Assembly: GCF_001194135.2 (NCBI RefSeq)
Contig: NC_068982.1
Span: 104,979,060 to 105,043,059, forward strand
Direction: 5' to 3'
DNA length: 64,000 nucleotides
Origin: Octopus bimaculoides
Taxonomy: Eukaryota
In this document: in pieces, positions 1 to 11,995 of the stretch
How positions within the stretch are numbered: the first letter of the stretch is position 1
How the letters are laid out: every line of letters begins with the position of its first letter
The notes under the pieces: model-generated
Database searches by the model: none
What the model saw: only the letters and a program-made list of their open reading frames with translations
What the model was told of the DNA's origin: nothing
Made by a program: the position numbers and the translations under genes

Positions 1-329
1 TGTCTCATTCCATTAAAATATACAGGCAATAAAATTTGTCTATAAATTTAAAAATACAAGTATAAAATGAAAAAAGCAGAAAGAACAACAGTTGGACCAG
101 CTATTGTTTGTTTTGTTCTTATTCAGATTTATGTTTTATACTTGCAATTTACACTGAATGTAATATCTCGTAGCTGAAATATGTTGCAAAAACTTTAGTC
201 AATACTGCCACACTGTGTCTTTCATTCAGTCATATATCAACAGTCTAAGACAGTGGTTCTTAAATAGTGTACTGTATTGCAATGCTGCATTGCAAGGGGC
301 ACCAAGCATGATGCAGAGTTTTAAAAGAT

Positions 330-1145
330 ATAACTATCGGTTACAACTTTCCTGACACCCTTATGAAATTATCTCCCCTTCCTCCCAATTTTGAGATACT
401 CTGACAATTTGTTACCATCATCACCTTCTTTCCAGCTTTTCTTAACCAACATTATATAATGTGATCGTCATCTATCTCCTCTACAGCAAGACACCTGTGC
501 TTGTCCCTTGATCAAACTTTAGTTTCTCAACACCTGGCATAAAGCCACCTTCCTCCTCTCTCAAATATACAATCTCACTCAGTTGAGGAGACCTTTTCTT
601 TCTCTTCTCTTGTGAGTTAAAAGGTGATCTCAATAGTGCTGGTAAAAGACACCCACTTTGGTCATGAATGACCATGGGATTGCACCTAGAAAGTTAACCT
701 CCAAGGCACAGGTCCAGGCAAAGTTGTTTATGGAAAACCAGCAGTCGCCCATGCATATCAGCCTCCCCTCTCCATGCCACTGATGTTATCCACAGGAAAG
801 CAAAGGCCATGACAGCTTGGCACTAGTGATGTCACAACTCATTTCTACTGCTGACTGAACTGGAGGAACATGAAATAAAGTGTCTTGCTCAAGAATACAA
901 CACAGCCCAGTCCAGGAATCAAACTCACTACTGCATGATTGTGAGTCTGAATCTCTAGCCACTGAGCCATATGAAAAAAATCACCTGGTCAACACTGTAA
1001 AAAGATTGGCATTAGAAAGGGCGTCCAACGAAAGAAACTGTACCAAAGTTGGCATTGGAGTTCAACAGTCCTGCAGCTTTCTGGATCTTGTTAAACTGTC
1101 CAACCATTGCTAGCATGGAAAATGGACATTAAATGATGATGATGT
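330..1145 (+). mobile_element. Old LINE 3' segment with (GAT)n tail, interrupted by a SINE at 651-973
   Basis: Shares cacctggcataaagccacc and flanks with the uninterrupted copy at 2380-2830; ends ...gctagcatggaaaatggacattaaatgatgatgatg like the RTE tails elsewhere in the window. Confidence 0.55.
651..973 (-). mobile_element. tRNA-derived SINE (family E)
   Basis: Minus strand starts tggctcagtggctagagattcagactc...gagtttgattcctgg (A-box and B-box-like), followed by cttgagcaagacacttt core-like segment. Confidence 0.7.
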
Positions 1146-1904
1146 TTGATGATAAATTTAAGGCTTTAGAAAATCCATATTAATATTCAAGTTTCTTGAA
1201 AAACATGCTATTCATGGTTTTTACTTTAATCTTCAGTGAAAAGAAAGTGCTTTTGTGAATGATATTAATTCAATAAGTGTTTCCAGTCATGATTCTGAAT
1301 TTTCTATCAAGAAATGTATTCATAAGCAGTGAACCATGACCCAAAAGTAGGTATTTGTTGACTATAATATAATACAGTTTAATTTAATTGTGAAAAATAT
1401 ATAATTTGCTCACATCAACAAATAACAATTCAATTTTTTCATTTTCAAGAGTAAAACTTTATATCACATAAAATTAATTCAATAAATATGAAAACAAAGT
1501 TTAAATGTTTTAATTTTGAATTTATTAGACAATTTAAATACTTATAATTACTCCTTTACCCAACTTACATAAACTTTTGTTTTAAATTGTTCCTTTTTTT
1601 GTTATTTTTTTAAATATTATTATTATTATACAGAACTGAAAATATCTCTCCATGGATAAATGGTTAAATTTGGCAATGAAGAAAACACATACAAAAAAGA
1701 AAAAAAACCTACAATACTGAGGTAACAGTTTCTACAGAATGTTGGTGCCATAACATAGATCAATGAATGAAAATGTAAAAGATGAACCAACTCACAGAAA
1801 ATAAAAGTACAATAAATTTTTCCATAATATGGATTTACTGTTACTTTTAGACACAACCCAATCAGCTGAATTTGCAATGAATCTTCAGCAAATGAAAGTC
1901 TGCT

Positions 1905-2100
1905 AAGTTGACTTCACATTTTAGCACAAAGCCAGCAATTTTGGGGTGGGGGTAAGTTGATTAAATCAATCCCAGTGCTCAACTAGTACTTATTTTATTG
2001 GCCCTGAAAGGATGAAAGGCAAAGTCAACCCTGGTGGTATTTGAACTCAGAACATAAAGTCAGTGTGGTAACAATTCTGCCAGTTTGCCACCTTCTGAAG
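1905..2100 (-). mobile_element. tRNA-derived SINE (family D), partial
   Basis: Matches the recurrent ...gaaaggatgaaaggcaaagtcaacc...atttgaactcag... consensus seen at 2970-3190, 17405-17610, 33310-33720, 34435-34600. Confidence 0.7.
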
Positions 2101-2379
2101 CCTGCTAACTTAAAAGACATATTTTCTATAACAGTAATCATTGAAAGTTGAAAACAATTTGGGTTTCTCCGAGTTTATGATCTGAAACAAATTTTCAAAG
2201 TAAATAGCAGACAAATTCATTTAGGTTTTTGCAAGTACTAACACAATACATTTCAATGCAACTACATCTCTCCAACCATAACCAATCTGTTCCCTCACCC
2301 CTAAACAAATCCCTAATCAACTGCACTAAATTTTATTAACTATTACTGTTAACACAAAAACCAAAATCTGTCACTCTTC

Positions 2380-2830
2380 TTTCATACTCTTGTGAACTTA
2401 CTTACCCATTCACTACATCCAACCCTCTGTACCACTTTTATAATCACCTTCCTGTAATTTGAGAATGTACCCTGACACTCTTCCTTACCATCTCCCTTTT
2501 TTCAACAGGGATAATCAAGTATCTCCTCTACTGTAAGACACTTGCTTTTGTTCCATATCATACTTTAACCTCTCATCACCTGGCATAAAGCCACCTCCCC
2601 TTAGTACTATACACCTCCTCTTGGTTGAGGTGTCTTGTCTTGAGAGTTACTTGGTGATGTCACTATTGCTGGCACCACATAAAATGTACCCAGTATACTG
2701 TGAAATGGTTGGTGTTAGGAAGGGCAACCAGCCATAGAAATCATGGTAAAGTAGAAACTGGAGTTTGGCTTGTCAAACTCACCAATCCATTTCAGCATGG
2801 AAAATTAAGATGATGATGATGACGGTGGCA
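2380..2830 (+). mobile_element. Old LINE 3' segment with (GAT)n tail
   Basis: Homologous to 330-1145; contains ggttggtgttaggaagggca and ends gatgatgatgatgacgg. Confidence 0.55.
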
Positions 2831-2969
2831 ACAATGACAACTTATTTGTTTTGAGAAACTTCTGTTTTGGACCCTAAAGGCTGGGACTCCCAACAATTTT
2901 TCTTTTTTGGGAAATGAAATTGGTTGATGGAAAATACTTTAAAGCATCACATGAAACCTCATAATTTAT

Positions 2970-3190
2970 AATGGTTTCAAATTTTGGCATAAGGCCAGTA
3001 AGTTCAAGGGAGGAGGTAAGTCAATTACACCAACCGCAGTCCTCAACTGGTACTTATTTTATCAACCCCAAGAGGATGAAAGGTAAAGTCGACCTTGGCA
3101 GAATTTGAACACAGAGCATAAAGACAGATGAAATGCTGCTAAGCATGTTAATCAGTTTGCTAATGATTCTGCCAGTTTACTGCCTTCCTC
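2970..3190 (-). mobile_element. tRNA-derived SINE (family D), near full length
   Basis: Minus-strand head ctggcagaatcattagc...gttcaaattctgcc (A/B boxes); 3' end ...gccaaaatttgaaaccatt. Confidence 0.75.
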
Positions 3191-3199
3191 ATAATTGAT

Positions 3200-4560
3200 A
3201 ATGAAAGTTAAGAAACCATTTGCAGATAAAACAAGAATTTCACTGTCAAAAGAAATGGTATGCAGAGATTAGCAGTAACCAATTTGTGCAACATATTGAA
3301 ATAACTGAAGAAAATACTAAATTTGAAATTCAGTTAAATAAATCAATTAACATTGTAAATGGAGTTCAACTATTGGCATTTGTCAGATATTCATATTAAA
3401 ACTGGGTGCTTACAGTTTAATTAATTAAATGAGCATGCAACAGTTGAAGATGTTTACCTCAAAGTTGACCTTTTTTTGTTAAAGAAGTAGGTCTGGAATG
3501 GAATGACTATGTTGATGTATGTACTAATGGTGGAGTAGTAGTGACAGGGGGTAAAAAAAAAAAGATTTCAAGATAAAGTTAATGAAAAAATATGCACCAA
3601 CTACATTCACTGATACTGTATGATTCATCAAGAGACATTAGTAATTAAAAAAATTTAATAGGAGACGCATTTAAAATTATCAAATTCATTAAACATTACA
3701 CATTGATCAGCTGTCTACTTGTAAATCTATGCCAGGATATGGGATCCAAATTCAACAAATTTTTACTGCATATAACAGTGAAATGACTGTTGAAAGAATG
3801 AGCACTAAGAGGACTTGGGAAAAGAAATTAACTTATTTTTTTATCAGAAAAGAACTCAAATGTTGCATAATTCTTTCATGATAAAAATAGGTTTTGCAAA
3901 TTATAGTATTTGTTAGATGTATTTGAGAAACTTAATACATCTCTGCAGGGGGCAGGGGTAAACAAAAAAAACAAAAACATTTTCACTGTGAAAGTTAGAA
4001 TTGAACATTCATAAAAAAAAAATTAAATTAAAGATTAAAAAAAATACAAACTTACAGAAACACGCAGTACAAAATGATAACTTTGAAATACTGATGATTA
4101 TGTTGGTGAAAATAACTTTTAATTTGATTAAGCAGATTGTAATCAAGTATTCAGCATGTAAGAAAAAAACCAGTTTTACAAATATATTCTGCAAAACATA
4201 GACAACTGTAATTTACAATGTAAATTAAATTGGATCCAAATCATGTTCATTGTAGCAATGGAAAATGTGATGTGAAACAGGTTTCTTTGAAAACTCAAGA
4301 AGAATTTGGAGAGCTGTTTATGTACTTGAAATCTCAAACTTGAAATTTCAAAAAACAAACTTCAGCATTTTGTAGCTGAAATGTGAAATTAGATTTTCTA
4401 ATTTTATCTGAATTAGCTATGATAACTCTTCTACCATTTTCTTCCATATATCTATGTGAATCTACATTTTTAATTTTAACAACAATAAAAATAACTTACC
4501 ACAGAATAATATAAGTAGAAATTCCCTTAACCCTGAAGAATAAATATCATCAATAATTTC
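3200..4560 (+). mobile_element. Decayed hAT transposase, Charlie/Buster/SPIN type (ZBED5/FAM200-like)
   Basis: Frameshifted translation gives FEIQLNKSINIVNGVQLLAFVRY (cf. FAIQLDESTD...QLLVFVRY), DVCTNGG (cf. CTDGA), CMIHQETL (cf. CxxHREAL) and C-terminal LSELAMITLLPFSSIYLCESTF (cf. LLPFATTYLCESGFS). Confidence 0.9.
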
Positions 4561-5123
4561 CTCAACTGTAAAGAGTCTAGGCCTTGCTTGTTTACAAGAC
4601 AATGTGTTGGGTTTATCACATGTTCATTTCATCACAAAAATCTGTATTTTCTTTTATTAAAAAGAAAAGTAAACAACAACTATAGAAGGACATCATTAAC
4701 AACAAGTCATAAGCACATTAGACTACAAAGTTGCAACTTTATTGGTTGTCTAATTTTAGTATTTCATCTTTTTCTCTATGTATGTTACACATTACTGCTT
4801 AAACAAAGATCCTGTACAGATTACATTTATGCTATTCCTGCTATACAGGGAACATGGCATGATAGAGTTAAGAACATCACTAATAAATATAAAGCCATAG
4901 TTTGATGTACTATGTCAAAAGAAACAAGTACATTCTTTTCATTAAAGATATTCATATTCCCAAATGGTTTGGTGAGCATAAGTTTAGTTGTTTTTGGTCA
5001 AAGTTTGATAAACCTGGACATTTTCTGGGACTTATCTGGGAGTGCTATCATATCTAAGAAACAAGTTGACAATGAGAAAACATTCAGAAAATATCAAAGC
5101 AAGTATTTGGTCAACTAAATCAA

Positions 5124-5343
5124 CCCTTTTGTTACTGTATTTATTTTGAAATGGTCTGTGTTTCTTTCAATTACTTTAAATATAACAAAGAATTTAGTAA
5201 AATAACTTAGTTATCATTCAGCTAGTGTTAGGCATATAAATTGTGACTAAGGTTTGGTGGAAGATTTTAATTCAAAACTTATGAAAACAAGACATTTGTA
5301 CTCAGAGCCAGAGCCAGTTTCAGCCGGGTTGGTAACGAAAGGG
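5124..5343. mobile_element. piggyBac-like MITE
   Basis: Termini ccctttt-gttac / gtaacgaaaggg; right flank TTAA (5344-5347), left flank TCAA (5120-5123, one mismatch). Confidence 0.7.
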
Positions 5344-5630
5344 TTAACTGATTTCTTATGGCCTTCTACTTTTTCAATAGAGCATGTTTTATGTAGATTC
5401 TACTGAACTGAAAATGTGTGCATTTGTAGCAGAGCACAATCCAGTCATTTTTATATAATATAAGCATCTATTCTAAGACTAGCTTAAAAGCCTCCCTATC
5501 GGGCAGCTTTTACATTAGTATATAGCTTTTAAGCAACTGACTCTGAATGGGAAGATCTGCAAACAGATCTCTGACTTGTTTTGGAGAATTTGTTGCAATT
5601 GCTTCCTCTAGAGTCATATCCCAATGATGA

Positions 5631-5859
5631 TCATATTCGTCGCAAAAAAATCATGTAAAAAAAAATCGCCATAAACAATTGCAGTAATGAAAATATAGGA
5701 ATCCAAAATTTCAGGATTGCAGGTCCAGATTCGGCCTGGAATGTTCTTAATTTACTCACAGAGCTAGCTTTTAGATTATAAAAATTGTTATCATACAAAA
5801 AAATTTGTTGCGAAAAGTCACATAAAAAAATCACTGAAAACAATCACAGTAATGAAAAC
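5631..5859. repeat. Diverged tandem repeat, period about 165 bp, running into an assembly gap
   Basis: gtcgcaaaaaaatcatgtaaaaaaaaatcgccataaacaattgcagtaatgaaaa (to 5693) recurs as gttgcgaaaagtcacataaaaaaatcactgaaaacaatcacagtaatgaaaa (to 5858). Confidence 0.55.
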
Positions 5860-6630
5860 NNNNNNNNNNNNNNNNNNNNNNNNNNNNNNNNNNNNNNNNN
5901 NNNNNNNNNNNNNNNNNNNNNNNNNNNNNNNNNNNNNNNNNNNNNNNNNNNNNNNNNNNNNNNNNNNNNNNNNNNNNNNNNNNNNNNNNNNNNNNNNNNN
6001 NNNNNNNNNNNNNNNNNNNNNNNNNNNNNNNNNNNNNNNNNNNNNNNNNNNNNNNNNNNNNNNNNNNNNNNNNNNNNNNNNNNNNNNNNNNNNNNNNNNN
6101 NNNNNNNNNNNNNNNNNNNNNNNNNNNNNNNNNNNNNNNNNNNNNNNNNNNNNNNNNNNNNNNNNNNNNNNNNNNNNNNNNNNNNNNNNNNNNNNNNNNN
6201 NNNNNNNNNNNNNNNNNNNNNNNNNNNNNNNNNNNNNNNNNNNNNNNNNNNNNNNNNNNNNNNNNNNNNNNNNNNNNNNNNNNNNNNNNNNNNNNNNNNN
6301 NNNNNNNNNNNNNNNNNNNNNNNNNNNNNNNNNNNNNNNNNNNNNNNNNNNNNNNNNNNNNNNNNNNNNNNNNNNNNNNNNNNNNNNNNNNNNNNNNNNN
6401 NNNNNNNNNNNNNNNNNNNNNNNNNNNNNNNNNNNNNNNNNNNNNNNNNNNNNNNNNNNNNNNNNNNNNNNNNNNNNNNNNNNNNNNNNNNNNNNNNNNN
6501 NNNNNNNNNNNNNNNNNNNNNNNNNNNNNNNNNNNNNNNNNNNNNNNNNNNNNNNNNNNNNNNNNNNNNNNNNNNNNNNNNNNNNNNNNNNNNNNNNNNN
6601 NNNNNNNNNNNNNNNNNNNNNNNNNNNNNN
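5860..6630. other. Assembly gap (N). Other gaps: 11087-11859, 22381-22518, 28086-28378, 29012-29472, 31021-31030, 39318-39499, 49813-49822, 61958-62730
   Basis: Runs of n in the sequence; six of the nine abut (TA)n or (TG)n tracts. Confidence 1.
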
Positions 6631-6949
6631 TATATATATATATATATATATATATCTAAAAGAAAGAAAAAAAATAAAACAAAAATGTTAGTGTTCAGTA
6701 TGTTGGCAACAGGAATTTCTGTCAAAGGGAAATGGTTAAACAAAGTTGTACATCATCTCCCTCTTTCTCTTACATACCCACTCTTTCTCTCTCTTTTATT
6801 TTTACTCCCACTGCCACCATCAACACTACTACTTTTAATCAAACATAATCAACTCTTCCTAAATTTCTTTGTCTCTCTTTCTCTCCTCTTTTTCTTTCTC
6901 TCTCTCTCTGTCTATCTTCGCCACCACCCTCACCATCTCTATGCCTACT

Positions 6950-7063
6950 ATTACTCTCACCCCATCATGAGAAATAGTAGGAGTGTCATTGAGTAGTGAG
7001 AGAGGGGGTCTAAGTGTGACATACTGACACACAGAAATTAGTTTTCGCATTTATTATATTAGA
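6950..7063 (-). mobile_element. Helitron-like 5' terminus
   Basis: Minus strand reads A|TCTAATATAATAAATGCGAAAAC...TGTGTGTCAG, resembling the TC-start ...ATAAATGCGAAA 5' ends of invertebrate non-autonomous Helitrons; no 3' CTRR end found. Confidence 0.45.
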
Positions 7064-7554
7064 TTACTAAGAGAATTAAATGTGCAAGAACAGCAACTTT
7101 TCATAATTTCATTGGTGAAGAATACTGGACAATTCTTACAATGTAATTTAAGGGTATCAAATTAACATTAATTAATTATTGATAAAGGAACTGATGTATC
7201 GACAAAAAAAGAGTAGCTTGTTTTACAAAGTAGATTTTTATGATAGCCATATAAAAAAAAAAAAACAGCTGACAAGATTTTCTAACTGTTTTGAAAATCA
7301 ATTACTGTACTGCCCAAGGTATTTACAATTTCTATAGTAATTTTTTTGTTTGGAAAACATGGTATTTCATTTAAAGACATGATAGGCTGGACAAGTGAAA
7401 TAGTGAGAGCCAAAAGTGAAGTTCAATGTCTTCTGAAGCAAAAAGTACAATATTTCTTAGTACAAGGCTTGCATGTACCACTCAATACATAAATGTGCAT
7501 TCAATGCATGTCTTGAGTAACTCACTAAAATTATTTATTCATATTAAGGCAGTT

Positions 7555-7690
7555 CTGATCCAGTCTGATCTGGCATGATTTCTATGGCTGGATGCCCTTC
7601 GTAAAGCCAATCACTCTGAGAGTGTAATGAGTGCTTTTACACACCAATTGCATGACACCAGTATCTGCCATAACTACAATTTTACTAAAT
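7555..7690 (-). mobile_element. RTE LINE 3' UTR fragment
   Basis: ctggatgcccttc...aatcactctgagagtgtaatgagtgcttttac matches the RTE 3' UTR at 49130-49200 in reverse. Confidence 0.65.
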
Positions 7691-8574
7691 TTAGTTTCAT
7701 GTCAAGAGATTCAAAATTCAGGTTTATGAAGCTCCATTAACAGTATATGATGAGAGTTAACTTTACAAGAGAAAAAAGTTTCAGAATTAGAGAGACATCG
7801 GGACATTTCTCGAGATAAATGTGGAGACAATCTTTGTTTTACATTTAGCTTGATACTAATGATCTTTCATTTCGTCATTCTTTAACTGCAACCTTGCAGA
7901 AAGGTTTATCTTTGGTAAACAATACGGAGGTAAAAAAACAAAAAACAAAACAAAAAAAATCTTGTTCATGGCAGAGTATGGAAATACTAAGTTACTTCTA
8001 TGAATCTTTTAAAAACATGTATAGAATGGCAACTGTCTGAAAACTTTTTGGAAGAAAAGAGGAATTAAATTGTAAAGCAATGAAGACAAAAACACCAAGT
8101 TTTTCAATAAGCTAATGTTACTTATGATTTTTTTAAAAAATTTAATTTTGTAAAAATCTAAGAATTTTTTGTAAATCTAAAAAAAAATTATTTGGTAAAT
8201 ATCCAAGAAATCCTGGTCATGAAGGAAAAAAGATTAAGAAACAAGGACATAAAATATCTTTAACAATATATGTAACCAGTTTCAAATAAAATCATTTCAA
8301 GCCTGAAAGCAAACTTCAGAACAATTATATGTATATAAAACTGTTGCTTCAGATAAAAGAAAACGTCTAAGAGTTTCTGTTTCTTAACAGAACAAAGACA
8401 TTTCTACCTAATGCAGGAAAAGATTACTTTGTTCAACAGAAACTATGTTCCTTAACATAAAATATAAAATTAATTAAATACAACAGTTAGTTGTAAATAA
8501 CCTTATTGTAAATAACCTTATTTTATTATACAAGAGAATATGACAATTACTTCCAACAAGATGAAAGAATCATT

Positions 8575-8810
8575 GTCAGTGTTGTTGTTGTTAAGCTCCA
8601 GGTCAGCCCTGATTGAGCAGACTTATGATCAAAGACGCTCCAACTACTAATATTCTGCATTCTATTTATTTATTTTCCAGACAGTATATCTAAGAATACA
8701 TAATCTGATGAGTCCTTCCTTTTTTAAGGCAGTAACATGTGATTTAAAGAAGATCTGCTTAAATTTCCTAGCAGGGCAAGCAATCATATAGATATTTTGA
8801 TGCAAAAAGG
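8575..8810 (-). mobile_element. (AAC)n-tailed interspersed repeat (SINE/LINE tail); other copies near 13230-13610, 24555-24790, 52170-52400, 52715-53150, 55070-55290, 60240-60400
   Basis: Recurrent gttgttgttaagctccaggtcagccctgat...agacttatgatcaaag and gatttggctgctatttctagcag motifs in both orientations. Confidence 0.65.
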
Positions 8811-8979
8811 TTTGTCATTAAGGCAAAAATTTGTTTATCTGATTAAGAATTGCTCTCCTTGCAACCTTCAAATTTTGAAATCACCATAATTTCATCATTA
8901 TCATTTTAATTTAACTGACACTGTCAAAATAAACTTTACTCTTACTAGCTCTGTTTTACCTCCTATATAACACTACTTG

Positions 8980-9369
8980 GTGGAGGCGCAATGGTCCAGT
9001 GGTTAGGGCAGCGGACTCGCGGTCATAGGATCGTGATTTCAATTCCCAGACCGGGCGTTGTGAGTGTTTATTGAGCGAAAACACCTAAAGCTCCACAAGG
9101 CTCTAGTAGGGGGGTTGTGGTGAACCCTGCTGTACTCTTTCACCACAACTTTCTCTCACTCTTTCTTCCTGTTTCTGTTGTACTTGTATTTCAAAGGTCA
9201 GCCTTGTCACACTGTGTCATGCTGAATATCTCTGAGAACTACGTTAAGAGTACACGTGTCTGTGGAGTGCTCAGCCACTTGCACGTTAATTTCACGAGCA
9301 GGCTGTTCCGTTGATTGGATCAACTGGAACCCTCGACGTCGTAAGCGACGGAGTGCCAACAACAATAAC
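8980..9369 (+). mobile_element. Young tRNA-derived SINE (family A), full length
   Basis: A box tggtccagtgg, B box gatttcaattccc, (caa)n tail; near-TSD acactacttg (8970-8979) / acaccacttg (9372-9381). Confidence 0.9.
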
Positions 9370-10144
9370 AGACACCACTTGATAAACTAGCCTTTAGTGG
9401 TTATTAATACCACTAATAACTGCTATTACCTTTTTGTTAGGCAATGTGGAGAAATTTGAAAGGGATATGCTTGCTATTTTTAACCACATACTGGTTTCCA
9501 CTTTGGTTATTTTGTTGAGCAGAGAGTTAGCTGCATTAAAGTTTAGAAGCAACTTATTATTTCTACACCTGCTGTGTATTGATAATTACGAGTAAAAATG
9601 GTATGTAGCCATCAGGCCATGCTGGGTCAATTTTGCTAACTAGAGACATAGAAGTAAATCCAGTAAATGTGTGTAAGTTTCAATTGTCCAAGATTCATTA
9701 CTAGATCACATCCAAAATGACCCAACTGATCAACGTGAAATTGCTAGCCAACACTCAGACATGCTCTCTGCTTTCTCTGCCTTTTCTATCATTATTACAG
9801 AGTTCTCAGGTTTGCAGAACTGGTTGGTATCATGCAAACACCACCCAAGCACTCCCAATTCAGTTGTCATTCACCATTCAAATTGTGTTCTCCTTACCAC
9901 CCCCTCACTACACTTTCAGCACTAACCATTATGTCCCATCCTTGCTCCGCAAAAGACTAGCCCACAATAATTCCCATCCTGCAGTCATAAACTTGCACCT
10001 GTACAAGTCAAACATTAACCACATCATTCTCACTAGGCTCAGGAGGGCTTCCAAAGGCCTTGAGAATAACCCCTTCTTCATGACTAAAATGAAAATTATA
10101 TTAACAAAATTAAAAAAAAATAAAATAAACTATGTAGACACAAA

Positions 10145-10305
10145 TATGGAGGTGTGGTTAAGAAGCTCATTTTGTAACCAGGTGGTTTCAGATTCAGTTC
10201 CACTGAGGGGAACTTTGGACAAGTGCCTTCAACAACACTCCCAGGCCAACAAATGTTTTGTGAATAAATTTGGTACAAACTCTGTGTATGTGTGTGTGTG
10301 TAAGA
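10145..10305 (+). mobile_element. SINE family B (CORE-like), 5' half
   Basis: ggaggtgtggttaagaagc...ttcagttccactg...actttggacaagtgccttc followed by (TG)n. Confidence 0.65.
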
Positions 10306-11035
10306 AAATATGATGGTAAAGGAATAAAAAATTATTGTATGAACTTCATTAGCTTACTGCTGTTTCCAATATTAAATGCAGTAGACTCATAGTTAAGTGC
10401 CCGAGTAACACCTCATCAGAGCTTTAAATATGAAGCGACTGTGTGTATGTGTGTTCATTCCTATCCACTTGATAAATTGTCCAACCCATGCTAGCATGGA
10501 AAGCAGACCTTAAACGATGATGATGATGACGATGATGATGATGATGATGATGATGATAAGAACTGGAGCCAGTTGCAAGACAGCAAAGTCAACAACTTTG
10601 TGTCTTCTTTAACTATACCCAGAGGAACATGAGAAAAATTTAACATGTGTTATAGAATATATGAATTAATTAATTTCATATAAATTAGATCCAGCCTTGC
10701 TCTGAGTTAATTTCTGTGTTATATTCCCAAGAGAGTGCACATGATGGTAGTGACTCATGGCTGTGAAAGAAGTTCCTGATTACTGAAAAAACTAGGAGTT
10801 AATAGGCAAACATCAATACAGTACTCAATATATGGGTAGAGTTCTTTAGTTTCTTTTAGTTAAACATCAAATTGAAGTTTCTCGAAGTTTAGTGTATCTG
10901 ATTAACAAACAAATTATTGTGCACACAGATGGAATAATATATATATATATATGGTTGCCAAATGTTTGAATAGATAAATTTAATTCTTTATCTGTTCAAA
11001 CATTTCCCCTCTACACATTTAATTGGCATGTGTGC

Positions 11036-11086
<51 letters not shown>

Positions 11087-11859
11087 NNNNNNNNNNNNNN
11101 NNNNNNNNNNNNNNNNNNNNNNNNNNNNNNNNNNNNNNNNNNNNNNNNNNNNNNNNNNNNNNNNNNNNNNNNNNNNNNNNNNNNNNNNNNNNNNNNNNNN
11201 NNNNNNNNNNNNNNNNNNNNNNNNNNNNNNNNNNNNNNNNNNNNNNNNNNNNNNNNNNNNNNNNNNNNNNNNNNNNNNNNNNNNNNNNNNNNNNNNNNNN
11301 NNNNNNNNNNNNNNNNNNNNNNNNNNNNNNNNNNNNNNNNNNNNNNNNNNNNNNNNNNNNNNNNNNNNNNNNNNNNNNNNNNNNNNNNNNNNNNNNNNNN
11401 NNNNNNNNNNNNNNNNNNNNNNNNNNNNNNNNNNNNNNNNNNNNNNNNNNNNNNNNNNNNNNNNNNNNNNNNNNNNNNNNNNNNNNNNNNNNNNNNNNNN
11501 NNNNNNNNNNNNNNNNNNNNNNNNNNNNNNNNNNNNNNNNNNNNNNNNNNNNNNNNNNNNNNNNNNNNNNNNNNNNNNNNNNNNNNNNNNNNNNNNNNNN
11601 NNNNNNNNNNNNNNNNNNNNNNNNNNNNNNNNNNNNNNNNNNNNNNNNNNNNNNNNNNNNNNNNNNNNNNNNNNNNNNNNNNNNNNNNNNNNNNNNNNNN
11701 NNNNNNNNNNNNNNNNNNNNNNNNNNNNNNNNNNNNNNNNNNNNNNNNNNNNNNNNNNNNNNNNNNNNNNNNNNNNNNNNNNNNNNNNNNNNNNNNNNNN
11801 NNNNNNNNNNNNNNNNNNNNNNNNNNNNNNNNNNNNNNNNNNNNNNNNNNNNNNNNNNN

Positions 11860-11995
11860 ACTGCACAAAGCTAGATTTCACAGGAGGGCTGCAATCAGAA
11901 AAGCACTACTTTCAAAAACAAACGTTGCAAAGCATTTAGAGTGGAGTAAAAACCTACAGAATTGGTCCCTAGAGCAGTGGAAGAATGTTATTTAG
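11860..11995 (+). mobile_element. Tc1-like transposase fragment
   Basis: LHKARFHRRAAIRKALLSKTNVAKHLEWSKNLQNWSLEQWKNVI* matches the Tc1 segment that precedes the W..V.FSDES motif. Confidence 0.85.

Noticed and set aside
1626-1877. 83-aa hydrophobic minus-strand ORF that looks like a membrane protein
   Set aside because: T-rich intron-like sequence, no recognisable motif, and it starts at the edge of a SINE
5785-6996. Long ORFs spanning N-gaps (also 10988-11995, 27986-28505, 28890-29541, 39183-39610, 61747-62837)
   Set aside because: Their length comes from X codons; only the short Tc1 and Tx1 ends are meaningful
8980-9060. Possible tRNA gene (also the heads of the other SINE-A, B and D copies)
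   Set aside because: tRNA-like A/B boxes continue into a shared SINE body with tail and TSD; no complete cloverleaf followed by a terminator
9717-10313. 198-aa plus-strand ORF
   Set aside because: Its last third runs through a SINE-B and (TG)n; no domain recognised in the remainder
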